Shown here piece by piece: positions 1-12,800 of a stretch of DNA of 64,000 nucleotides (position 1 is the first letter of the stretch; every line of letters starts with the position of its first letter). The stretch is taken from positions 62,001 through 126,000 of the forward strand of contig NMRA01000605.1 of assembly GCA_002633005.1 (NCBI GenBank), given 5' to 3'. Origin of the DNA: Phoronis australis. Its lineage: Eukaryota > Animalia > Phoronida. The position numbers and the translations under genes are program-made. The notes below the pieces were generated by a model. The model saw only the letters and a list, made by a program, of their open reading frames with translations, was not told the DNA's origin and did not search any database.

Positions 1-879
1 CTAACAGTTGGGGTATGAGCCACAGGTTTTCGTCTTGACTTTTTCCATTTGTGTTGGAATTAAAATTTTTGTTGGAATTAAATGTGTATGTATTTCAAGC
101 TTTCTAGATGATCTATGGATCAATTTTCAATTTTTTTGTAATTTCGTATCGTAATTATAAGAATTGAAAATAATTTTATAGGTCTCCCTCAGTGCAACAA
201 ATCAAGAATAAGCTCCAGCCACTCAGACTGCAAATTTTTCATCATTATCGTTATTATTTTAATATTAAAAAATATTTTTTGTTGCATCTAATTGCCTTCA
301 TTGTTGTTGCTGAAATAGATATCACTGCTTAAGATGAGTGCGTTTTGCCAACACGACACAGTAACTTTCGATCTGTTGAGGTATGGTTTAGATTGAAATG
401 TGTATTTAGGGCTGTAAAAATTTCCTCTTTTTTGTCGTGGGTCATGTCCAGGTAGTCCCAGCATTACTTAAGGAACATAAAAAGTCCGATTTATTTATTG
501 AAACAAGGTCGGAAAATGAGAAGTGAAGTAGAGGGTTCGCACTAATTAGTGGAGTTCAAAGAATAGGCAAAAACTAGTTGTATTGAATGGAGGTCTGAAT
601 AGAACACCACATAAAGATGCTTGCTGTGACGTAGACAAATCTTAGTCAATAAGTCTGACTGCTTGACAATTCATGGCATTGGTGTATTCAGAGTGATTGA
701 CATAACATATTGTAGCAACCAAATTGACATGTGTTGTTGTTCAAGATAGAGTTTAATCTCACCAGTGGTGTAGACAAAATGTCTGTCAAGTTTTTTGTGT
801 GTTGCTACAGGAGTCTAATCATGTGATTTAGCACAACTGTTGATTATATTGTTTAGTGAGGTGCATGCTTTTATTTCAG

Positions 880-3800
880 AAACTGACTGGTTTGATTGAT
901 TCTGAGTTGGAAGAAGTGGAGACACTGATACACAAGCTGGACTCTAATGACAGTGAGTTACTAGTGCTCTGTAGTACTTGACCTGAGGGTGTACAAGGTG
1001 TTGTCACCCATCTTACTACTTAAATGATACACAAGGTGTTGTCACCCATCTTACTACCTAAATGATATACAAAGTCTTGTCACCCATCTTATTACTTAAA
1101 GGGCATACAAGGCCTTTTCACTCCTGTTATTACCTAAACAGCGTACAAGGCCTTGGTACCTCACCCATCCAAAGGACATGCATGGCCTGGGTGTGACATT
1201 TACCTACTCCAGGGGCATACAAGGCTTTGGCACCCATTCCTGCTTACTGAAAGTGATGGGTCATTTTCCTTTAGTTCTGCTTGTCTAATTATATAATATT
1301 TTGTGATATGCATTGTAGCAGAATTATCCAAATGCCATGATCAACTACTGTTGCAAGAACACAGAGCTAGTTGTCCATTTTATACAGTCTGGGTCTGATG
1401 TAACAGACAAATATTAGCTAATCACACAGATGTGACACATACAGTATGTTTATTTGCCTTTATTTTGAGGCAAGTGTGGTGCTTCACATTTCGTTATTTC
1501 AATCTTGAAATTTTTGTTTTAGATTCTTCTTCGTTCATTCAAATGTCAGTTCTTTGTGTAAAGCATAGCACTCACTAATAAGATTTGTTATTTTGCTGGT
1601 AAATTTCCGAAAAATCTAGTGTACCGAACATCCCAAAATTGATTTTGTGATCTGCAGAAATCAGCATTTTAATTTCTTTTTTTCCAAGTGTTTTGTAATT
1701 CATTGATAGTACAATTGAACAGCATTACTGTGACCTTGCTGTATTACATTGATAGTACAGTTGAGCAGCATTACAGTGACCCTGGTACATTACATGATAG
1801 TACAGTTGAACAGCATTACAGTGATGCTGGTATATTACATTCATTTGATACTACAGTTGAATAGCATTACAGTGACCCTGGTACATTACATTGATAGTAC
1901 AATTGAACAGCATTACTGTGACCTTGCTGTATTACATTGATAGTACAGTTGAACAGCATTACAGTGACCGTGGTTAATTACATTCACTCACCAATAACGT
2001 TTTATCACCATAAGTTCGTTGTACAGTTTGAGTTGAAACAGAAAACTTCAGTTTCTACTAGTGTTTAAGAAAAGTCCTTTATTTACTTAAAGCCTTAATA
2101 TTTGATTATAGTGTTCAGTCCGGCTGATGCCTCTACCATCAACCACACTGGCCAGCTACCCAACATGGCCTTCAGTACCCCCCTCAAGAGCAACGACTTC
2201 AGTCAGTCTCCTAATCAGGTAAGAACTGTTTTGCTTTCAGCTGTGGCCCAGAAATCTCCAGACTTCGATGAAATGTGTTTGATATGCCTGCCAAGTAGAG
2301 ATAAGGAAGATTTGGAGTGGTATCTCACCTTGTTTTTTTTTTCAAGCATATGCAAAACCAAACACACCAAGAATTGTTGTTGATAATTACACTATAAACA
2401 ACTTCTGGTCTACAGACATAATCTCATATAAACCATGAATAAGGGCCCTCTTGGAAAGCAGTGCCATCACTGAAGATGCCACCCTCATTTTAAATATCAC
2501 AATAAATAAAGAATAAATAAACTCCTGACCTGGCCAAGTAGCCAAAATTTGCTATTACTGATGTTTCATCCCATGCGCGTTGAATCTGTCGAGGGAAATA
2601 CGGCCATGTAATAAATTTTTCCTTATTCACCTCCGCACTACTTCAACAGCGAACTCTGACATGGAAAGTTCAAAAGGTAGGTGTGTCGACTCGACGTCAT
2701 TAGTTGGTTCAATCACCAAATTTTCGAAAAATAGTTTAAAGTTATACAATTATAGCAGTGTAAATAACGCTCAACATACAATCAGGTCTCAATCGTAACA
2801 TCTGGAACAGGACTGTTAATTATATGACAGTTCTGTCTCAGTTTTCATTTGCTAAATATTTTTAATCGTCTGCAAATCGGGTGCCGATTCCTCGGTAACT
2901 CCAATATCAAGTATTGTTGTTATTTAGCTATTTTCAGGAGATGTTACAAGACAGTTCAATGAAAAGTTATCCTTGTTTTCATCTTTGTTATTTCTTTTCA
3001 AGTAATAAATCATCACATTTAAAACTGTTTCTTTTACTAGAGAAAACTTGCAGCCTAATGCGCAAGTACATAGATATAGGATGTGATCCACCACGTGAAC
3101 AATCTGAGTGAAGTATTTAAAAAATCTGCAGAAAAATTGAAAGAAACTTAGGAATTCGAAGCGTATGGGATAAATACAAAATGCACCTCCATTGGCATAC
3201 AGGAAGTAATATCCAAACTCTATATTATTTTGCGTATCGACCTCGACCTTCGGTCTTGGTCAATACGCATAATAATGTCTCATGGGATATTGCTTCATGT
3301 ACGCTACTCTCGGTACGTTTTGTGTATGTATTTTGTTGCGGAAACTATAGCTTTATTCAACTTGAAATTGTATTTTCATTTGCCAAAAATCTTTTTGCAT
3401 CATTTTTTAGCCCAGACATTACTAACAAATGCATTATCACTTATTGGCCAAGTATGACATCGGCTGGGTTTTCTGTTTTTGGGTCATACTTTAGTTAGCC
3501 AGTCATAACCTGGGCATTGGTGATGAATGTAGTGAGCCAATCTGTATATTCACCATGATGTAGTGAGCCAGTTTGTATATTCACCATTTTGTGGAAAAGG
3601 GGTCATTGCCATAATGGAAAACTGGTCATTTGCACTGGCATGGGGAACACCTCATATTATATTTTTTTGTCTTCAGTTGACGCTATGGAAAACATTCAAG
3701 GTGTTGTGAATGTTCCCACCAAGCCTATCTAATGTTGCAACATTGTAAAGAAGACAACTCTTGGTTTGCAAAACTGACAAAAGGTGGATTCTTTTATGTT

Positions 3801-6800
3801 AAAATAAAAATGTAGTACAGAGTGACCATGATATGTGTCACTTCCAACATCTTGTGATGTTACCAGTTCATGTGCAGTGACAACCATGGCTCAAAATTAT
3901 TTACCCACCACGTATTTAAAGCATTTCCTTACTGTTTACTGAAACAAGACACTGGTGGATGGCAGTTGAACAGTTGTTGTTCAGGTGTTTGTGCTGGCAC
4001 TTATATGGGTGTGGGATTTTACCTGAAACTTTGAAAACAACACTTTTAACCAAAAACTTATTTTTGTTGTTGGCTGCAAAAATAGGCGAAGAATCTCAGA
4101 AATTTAAAAAAAAAAATGAAGGCATAATTTTCAGTTAGGCCTATTTGTCTTCAATAAATCGTGGTGTTGTTAAGCTTATGTCGTATTCCAGTCGACGACC
4201 CACTACAGACCGAGTCCAGAGCGCCTGCACGCTCAGATCCGCTCTATGAACTTGAGCCAGGAGAATGTGATGCGTATTCTGTTGGAGAACAACACATTAA
4301 TTAAACAAATGTCTGATGAGCTTAGGATCACCAACCGTGAAGTAGCTACACTGAAGGTATGGGCATGTGATTAAACAGTCTGCCATCTATGCATGTTATG
4401 TTTTGATGGCATATAGTGAGACGTATACTTTGAAATACAGAAAATTTGAAAGCATCCTCACCCATGTTTACGGGGACTTTTGAGCTGGCTATGTTGCATT
4501 CTTGACTCGAGGAAGTAGAAGAATCTAGCAACTGGTGACTCAGAACCTGTTGGAGGAATCTTTTATCAGGTTGCAAATTAAAGGGATTTAGTTGTGTTCA
4601 CAGTATACAATGGGCTGTGAGAGGGTAAGCAAATTGTACATTAGTTTGGACATCTTTTTTTCACCTAATTCTTTGCATTCTGTTAGACAAGTATAATTAT
4701 CCGGTAAACAACAACAGCAGTGTGAGATGAACGAATTCAATGCAAGTTATTCTTTCTTTCAAGGCTGAGATCCAGAAGGTCGGAGAGTCGACAGAGAAGG
4801 CCCTGTCCAAGCCTCCCCCAACACCCCCAGCACCCCAGCCCCCGGTGTTCCAACCTCCCAACCAGTACCCGTACCCATACCCAGCCTACCCTCCCTATGC
4901 TTATCCCCAGCCCCCGTTCCCCGCCCTTCCTTCTGGCCACCATCTCCCAATACAGGCCAGCATGCCCCACTTAACACAGCAGCTAACTCAGCCTCCATCN
5001 NNNNNNNNNNNNNNNNNNNNNNNNNNNNNNNNNNNNNNNNNNNNNNNNNNNNNNNNNNNNNNNNNNNNNNNNNNNNNNNNNNNNNNNNNNNNNNNNNNNN
5101 NNNNNNNNNNNNNNNNNNNNNNNNNNNNNNNNNNNNNNNNNNNNNNNNNNNNNNNNNNNNNNNNNNNNNNNNNNNNNNNNNNNNNNNNNNNNNNNNNNNN
5201 NNNNNNNNNNNNNNNNNNNNNNNNNNNNNNNNNNNNNNNNNNNNNNNNNNNNNNNNNNNNNNNNNNNNNNNNNNNNNNNNNNNNNNNNNNNNNNNNNNNN
5301 NNNNNNNNNNNNNNNNNNNNNNNNNNNNNNNNNNNNNNNNNNNNNNNNNNNNNNNNNNNNNNNNNNNNNNNNNNNNNNNNNNNNNNNNNNNNNNNNNNNN
5401 NNNNNNNNNNNNNNNNNNNNNNNNNNNNNNNNNNNNNNNNNNNNNNNNNNNNNNNNNNNNNNNNNNNNNNNNNNNNNNNNNNNNNNNNNNNNNNNNNNNN
5501 NNNNNNNNNNNNNNNNNNNNNNNNNNNNNNNNNNNNNNNNNNNNNNNNNNNNNNNNNNNNNNNNNNNNNNNNNNNNNNNNNNNNNNNNNNNNNNNNNNNN
5601 NNNNNNNNNNNNNNNNNNNNNNNNNNNNNNNNNNNNNNNNNNNNNNNNNNNNNNNNNNNNNNNNNNNNNNNNNNNNNNNNGCTCTGCAGCCAAAAATGTG
5701 TGGGGTTGGGAGTGCGGATGGGCGAGCTAAGAGGACGCAGACGCAAGGTACTGATGGTGGTAACGTTTTTTTTTTTTTAGACCTGATTTTTGTCGAGGAA
5801 AGGTTCACATTGACCATTTCAAGGCATGATTTGGGCCGTAAAAGTTTCCGCGTTTTTTGTCATTGGTCATTCCAAGCCCTGTGTCTTGGTCACAAAATCA
5901 TTAACTGCTTTTTTCTGCAAAATTTTTCAATATCAAAGATAGATTCTGGCTGACGTCATTGGTGAGATGAATTTTTTGATGTCAGATAAATAAATGGCTT
6001 TCAGGCATGTTGTTCTAATAAGTGACAAAAACGTAACTCGCTGTCCGGTGGTCTTAGTTTAAATGGAATTGGATTTGGTAATACTGTTCTTAAAATTGTA
6101 ATAATTATCAAATTTAAGGTCAATGATGGTACAACTACTTTCAAGTTGCCGGTCTCTGTGGCCGACACCCCTCCGACAGAAACATCGACACCGAGTAGCT
6201 TCACCAAGGGTAGACTGCCGCCACTATTTGATGCTAACTCCATTGTCCACCTAGAGGCTGGTCCAAAGACACCCAAAACACCGTGCTCAGATCAAGAGTA
6301 CGACACCAGTAATGAAGGTATAGTGTGAAGAAGCATAAAGTTAACCTTGTAGCAGTTTCGTTGAATTTGGTTGAAAGCTGTGAAAAATAGTCCCAAGAGT
6401 TTAATGAATACTGTCCTGGTGTATGCTAGATCTTAAAGGGACTACCACATGTGCTTTTGTGGGCCCAGTAGTCTGCAACAGTAAACATTGTTAAGATACA
6501 ACAAATTTGGTAGCGTGCCAAAAATACCACGTATGAGTTCTGTATTACACATCTTGTATTTTTGTTAAGCTGCAAGTGTGAACTTATTACACAATTTGAA
6601 TTACTTTTTCTGACCAAATGCTAAGTTTCAAAACAATTAAACCTGGACTTGCCATTGAATTACATATGTGTGCCAACATAATAGTCACACTAAGTGGGAG
6701 CCTCGGATATACTCGCACAATCTGATTTGTTACACCGTGGCACTCAAATAGGCAAGATGTTTTAAATCACCAACTTATCATTGAGATGGGACATCATGGT

Positions 6801-9800
6801 TAGTCTGCTAGAACATTTGCTTTCAGTATTAGGTACAGTGAGCAATGAATTGGCAGTAAAGTTGATACAACTTATTCACAGCTAGTCTTTTGTTAGAGTT
6901 GGCTTTGTCTATTGGGCCGTTATGTTCTGGCAGTAACACTGTATTATAAAAAAGCACTGTATTATCTCGTGTCAGCAGGCCTGACTTGAGCCTGTTAATT
7001 GGATTACAGGTATTTAGGGGAACATTGAGAAATATTTTGTTTTTGCTGATAACAGGGAGGTCACTGTTGCTAAATGTTGTGAGGCTTAGACAATTCTTAG
7101 AGCATTTTTTTGTCTTTGAAATTCTTGGAAAATGTAGGCAATATTAAAGTGATATTGAAGTGACGATGTTTATGCTTATATCTTATATTACCTAACTGTT
7201 ACGTAACTGATGTGGAGATCAATCCATTGATTTATATAATAATGGGCTACAAGCTTAAATATACAAATTATTAAACTATTAAGTGACATAACCATGTTTA
7301 ATGTTCAGTAATCTCATAATCACCATGTGTTGGTCAGGTCCCCACTTTGAGCCCATCATTCCTCTGCCTGACACAGTGGAAGTGAAGAGTGGCGAAGAGG
7401 ATGAAATCGTCCTATTTGAATCACGTGCCAAGCTCTACCGCTGGGATGATAAGGAATGGAAAGAGCGAGGCCTCGGTCAGGTCAAGGTTTTACTAAATGA
7501 GACCACTGGCCGGGCTCGGCTGCTCATGAGAAGAGACCAGATTCTTAAGCTCTGTTTGAACAGTTCCATCACGGCAGAGTTGAATCTGGTGGAGGGAAGT
7601 CAGCCAGGAGTGACATGGATATGGTACTCCATGGACTTTGCTGAGGACGAACCCAGACCAGAAAAGTTTTGCATTCGCTTCAAGACCATGGACCAAGCAC
7701 GACAGTTCAAGACTGAGGTAATGCTGGAGTCTTCTTTGAAAGGTGGTCACTCAAAGACTTAACAAAATGAATGTATTTAGTCATAAAATTTCAAATGAAA
7801 TTGCATTTCCACCCAGTTGCTCACAATATCATGACCTGTGTTTGTAAGTGTGTCATTCGCAGACAATGATCTGGTCAGTTCAAAAATGTTTCAGGTACAT
7901 ATAAATTCCCAAGTTGTAATTTTATATGTGTTTAATCATTTGTCCCTGTGTGTTGTTTAAGGCATTGTGTTATTAGTTCCAAATAGCTGTCATCCAGTTT
8001 TTGAAAACATGCCTTATAATGAAACATAGAAAAACAGTTCGTCTTTAAAATTTAGACAAAAGTGTACTACACACGTTGATCGAATTGTGTGAGCTAGTAA
8101 ATGAAAAGCTTTGTCAATAACAGCAAACCAGAGGTCTGGAAAGGAATTGGAAATTCTTGCTTCAGTGCTCTGTTAATGTTTTCAACAAGATACTCTGGTG
8201 TACATTATCCATTTATCGTAACCTTTGCCTCATTGTTTACAGGTAGATAAAATGGTTGAGAAGGCTAAACAAGTGTCACCCAGGAAACCATCAGAGCCTG
8301 TGCCAGACACAACCACAGTAGTCGCTGCTGAGAGTAAGCCTGTGGATGACCTCATGTCAAAGTTCAAGCCTCCAGCTGATAGTTGGACCTGTACTGGGTG
8401 TTATATTGTGAATGCTGCTGAAGTGGCTCAGTGTCCTGCATGTAACACAGTGAAGCCAGGCTCTACTTCTGCTGCTCCTGAGGCAGGTAAGTGGAATGGG
8501 GTGTGATGAGTGATAAATGTCAAATGGGCGTCTGTTTACAACAGGGGAGCCATGGTAATGGGGGAGAATCCAGTTTACTAGAGAAGGTACTGCTGGGGAA
8601 GTAGTATCTGCTCAAAAGTGCCGTAAAGCAGCAAATTTGGTTGTTTAGCTGCCTCAGGGGGACTTCCAGGGGTTGGCGTGTATTTTGCCGTCTTCTGGGG
8701 GGTCGCTGTTTTGGCATTGTGGTATTGTCTGCAATTAGGTATTTGGGTTTAGAGGTATTGTCTGGTACCATTAGTTTAACTTGGTGTCATTTCCCGTAGT
8801 TTTTCATTTGGTATTACCCGTAGTACCCATTTTCTGTCGCTCAGTTCTGAACATGTGGTACCACCAATGGAGGTGTCCACCTTTTGAGTGGAGTACAGGC
8901 ACTCTTCAAATTTGATTAACTATGTCTGACCAACAGACTGTAAATATTTTGTAAATAGTGACATCTGACATGTTAATATATTTTTGTCATTTTGACCAAA
9001 CATCAGATCCTAAACATGGTTAATAGTCAGCTAAATTTCGGTCTTTGCTAAGAACAGTTTCGGTGTTAGTTTTGCTAGTGAAAATTCTTATTAAACAAAG
9101 GTAACACAATTTTCCCTGAAGTTATTCTGTTGGTCAAAGCCCAGACGAAAATTTTCACAAAATAAGCCCCTGAAGAATTCATGAGAGTAATTCTAATTTC
9201 TTTATTCTAAGGCACATTTCTGTCCTTTCACTTTAGCAGCTGCTGAGAATAAGCCAGTGGACGACTTCATGGCAAAGTTCAAGCCTCCAGCCAATAGCTG
9301 GACCTGTGATGGATGTTATATTGTCAATAGAGAGGAAGTGACACGCTGTCCAGCGTGTGAAACTGTGAAGCCAGGCTCTACACCAGCTGACTCAAACACT
9401 ACATCCACTACAGGAGCAGGTAAGGGACTAGGTGGGAAGAGTTGGCATTGCTTATTAGCAGTTGCAAACAGGTTTACTTTTAAATTATTGGGGGTAAGTC
9501 AAGGTTTCGAAATAAGTGCTTGAGCTTGTAATCCATGTTGTGCTTGATGACAGATACAATTGAGGTACAAACTTTGGTTGGAACTTGAAATTTCAACTTT
9601 AATCTCAAATCTTTAGCGTGATGGTTTTCTAGGATTCTCAAAATAGAGCCAAATTTGGCCAACCTTACAACATCATATCTGAAATTGCTGATTAGATTCA
9701 TATGAAACTTTCATATACCATGCTTTATACACTGTTCAACAAAACTGTTGTAGGAATTGTTTTTAAAAATTTCCACTTTTGCACGGGGGCTACCATAAAA

Positions 9801-12800
9801 TAGGACTTTATGATTTTGATGAAAAAATGAAAATGCATAAAATTGGTATGAAGTCAAAAATCAAATGCCTAGTTGTCACTTTACTAGGCATACTTTGTTC
9901 AGCAGTGATCAAATGAGTTTTTAGCTGATTTGTGAGAAAACTTTAATACTTTGACTGTTTACAGGAGCCTTTTCCATGAATCCCGGTGGTGGTTTCACAT
10001 TTGGTTCTTCCTCTGTCGGGGGGTTCTCCTTTAAACCACCTGCACAGGTGTCTGATGACAAGTCAAGCGAGCAGGCAGCCTCCACCAGCTCAGCAGCAGG
10101 TGAGTTGTTACTGTTGATGATACATTATTTCGTTAATCTTGTGTCTGTTTGGAAGCCATCTGCTAGTTCCAGTTTAAGTCCTTTAAGAGACACTTTGGTC
10201 TCTTGTCACTGATTATACTAATACAAGGTGATAGAGTTGTGGTGTTGTGTCTGAAGGATTCATGCTTTCATTTTCAGGCTTTTCATTTGGCACTCCATCA
10301 TCAGCAGCGTTCACGTTTGGTTTTGCGCCAACATCGGCTACAAGTAAGTTAGATAAATAAAGATGGTGGCCAGATGTTAACTGTTAACCAATGTCAATGT
10401 CCGGATATATATTTACTCCGGTTTTACGTATATTAACACCTGTCAGCTATAGTGTAGAATTTTAAGACAAACATGATAACATAAATGTGACTCAGCACGA
10501 CAAAATGAGTCTTAAGTCGGAAACTCCATTTTCTGACCAGACTGCAAAAGTAGCTTTCGGTGAAAATTAGGTCAAATTTTTTATGGCAAATTATGATTAT
10601 TCATTCGTTTTACTTCACAAAACATTGCTTTAAAACAAGTAAACTTCATTTTAAACCTCATTTTATTTTGAAAAACATCACCTTCTCCACGACTGGGTAG
10701 CTCATGAAATTTCCATCAAATTTTTCCAGTTTTCGTGACCCCATTGCTCAGTCAACCGATGACCCAATTCGTTTGTAAACTCATCAACAGAAAGGTCAAT
10801 CTCTGCTCATTATGCATGTAGTAATCTCTTTGAGTTTTTCGTCCAATCATTAGTCGTAATTTCACTTTTTTGCATTGGGATAAATTCAACAGAAGTGCCA
10901 CTCACCAGTCTTTTTGCTAGCAACGACCTTTTAACCTAATACATCGCCGACCTCATTCGCTAGAACTAGTTAAGTGGGCATGAAACTGTGTGGTCGCGAG
11001 GTCACGACATATTTACAAGACAATAAGATGGCTGATCGCCGTGTAGCTGATATCTCAGTGATTAACTCTTGCTGCTGACTGCTGAATCAAGATCAGCGAG
11101 AATTGACTGATCTCATCGAAGAGCACATTTATGGATGGGGACAAGGAGGAATTTCGTGACAGCGACGAGTCGTCTGACGGCAGCAACTCATCGCCAGATG
11201 AGTTTCATGATCAACCCATCGGTTACGTTGGACTGGAACAAGCAGAACTTGAAGAAAACAGTCCGGATTTTCTTAATCGCAGAACAATGTCTTGTACCTG
11301 TAAAGCCAGTTGATTGGGGTGCAAGCAGCTGAGTATTACTTCAAGAGAGAACAATCTTCGATAGGCTGAATCACTCGGTGAGAAGTCAAGGAAATCGTTG
11401 CACTGCAGACAGTGTCAGTTGACTTGGACAGGGATGAGTGATTGTCATTTTTTTTTCAAAATTATTTATACTAGCGTAAAAGTTTGAATTATTGTGAACA
11501 AAAGTCAGCCACTAATGTGTATTTTGTAATCTGCAGGACTTTGTTTTTTTAAACTTCTCCAAAATACACTTTTAACTACCTGTTTTATTTGCGGTAACCC
11601 CTCCTGCCACTAGTGGGCTGATCCTGTATACATTAGCTGAGAAATTTATTGACCCAGTTGCAGCAACCCAACATAAATATCACTCGTTTTTGGCTGAAAT
11701 TACATGATAAGGTCTATATTTTTTCTAATTTTTTATTACTTTTATTTGTTTATATGGTTGTGTATACTAATAAGTCTAGAATGTAGCATTCAATTGCGTA
11801 ATGCTATGGACATTTTAAAAACACAATCGGCATTTTTCTCGGCCATTTTCCTTGACTTTTGTAAGCTCTAAATTTTCGCTTTCCCTGACTAGAATTGGCA
11901 ATAACTCGGTCATTTGTTAAGATAAGGACATGTTTCATATATCAAAATGATCAGAAAATACTGTATTTTCAGAAAAAAATAACAATTACAAAAATAACAA
12001 ATCCTGATTTAAGACTCATTTTGTGGTGCTGGGTCACAAATGTGCAATAAGTTGCTTTCAACTCTATTTGCGGAGGTATTATCCTGTCCAATGTACAGTA
12101 CTTTCACTCAAAAGGTAAACCAATGTTTTTCACTTTTTGATTGATGTTAAAACCACATAGTGTGAAATTGTTTGATTCTCCTTTTCATGTCTGCAGGCTC
12201 TGTGTTTGGTTCTGGGCTAACTCTACAGAACAACTCTAGCACAGGTAAGACTTCTGACTCTAAAGTCTTCTGACTCTAAAGTAAAAAATAGTGAATTGGT
12301 CCTGGTCTGCACAAGATGTGAACTCAAGGATCATAACCATTTCAACTGTCATCAGCTTATAATTGGGAAGAAAAAAGGATCCCAGCTCAGCGTGCATCAG
12401 ATGACTTTTTCTGTGTGATAACATCTCTGGCCAGTGAGATTTTGACAAATGGACAGTCTATTACAGCCATTTAGTCTGTTCTGTTATTTTATCATCTTCT
12501 GTAGGTACGAATTTATTTTGTAACTCACCATTAGGTACATCTTTTTTTTGTCACCCTCCGTTGCTTTATCTATTTTGTTGCTCTCCGGAGGTAGATCTAT
12601 ATTTCGTCACCCTCCATAGGTATTTCTGTATTCTGTCACCCTCCGTAGGTACACCTATATTTGGGGCAACTGCATCCTCCTCTGGATTCACGTTCTGTCC
12701 AAAACCTGACTCAACCACCATTGCAAAGGAGGACACTGCATCAGCTGAAACCAGTTTGGATCAGTTCAAACCAGCTGAGGGTGAGTGGAAATGTTTTGTG

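Noticed and set aside
1700-1985. CRISPR-like regular repeats and ORF 1749-1940
   Set aside because: Head-to-tail minisatellite with no unique spacers, in a eukaryotic intron, with no cas genes.
4759-5817. Long ORFs spanning 5000-5680 and 50704-51697
   Set aside because: Artefacts of translating N runs; only 4764-4999 on + is a real exon.
11131-11332. Acidic ORFs as extra RanBP2 exons
   Set aside because: They lie inside a TIR/TSD-bounded element and differ by frameshifts between the two arms, so they are a transposon remnant.
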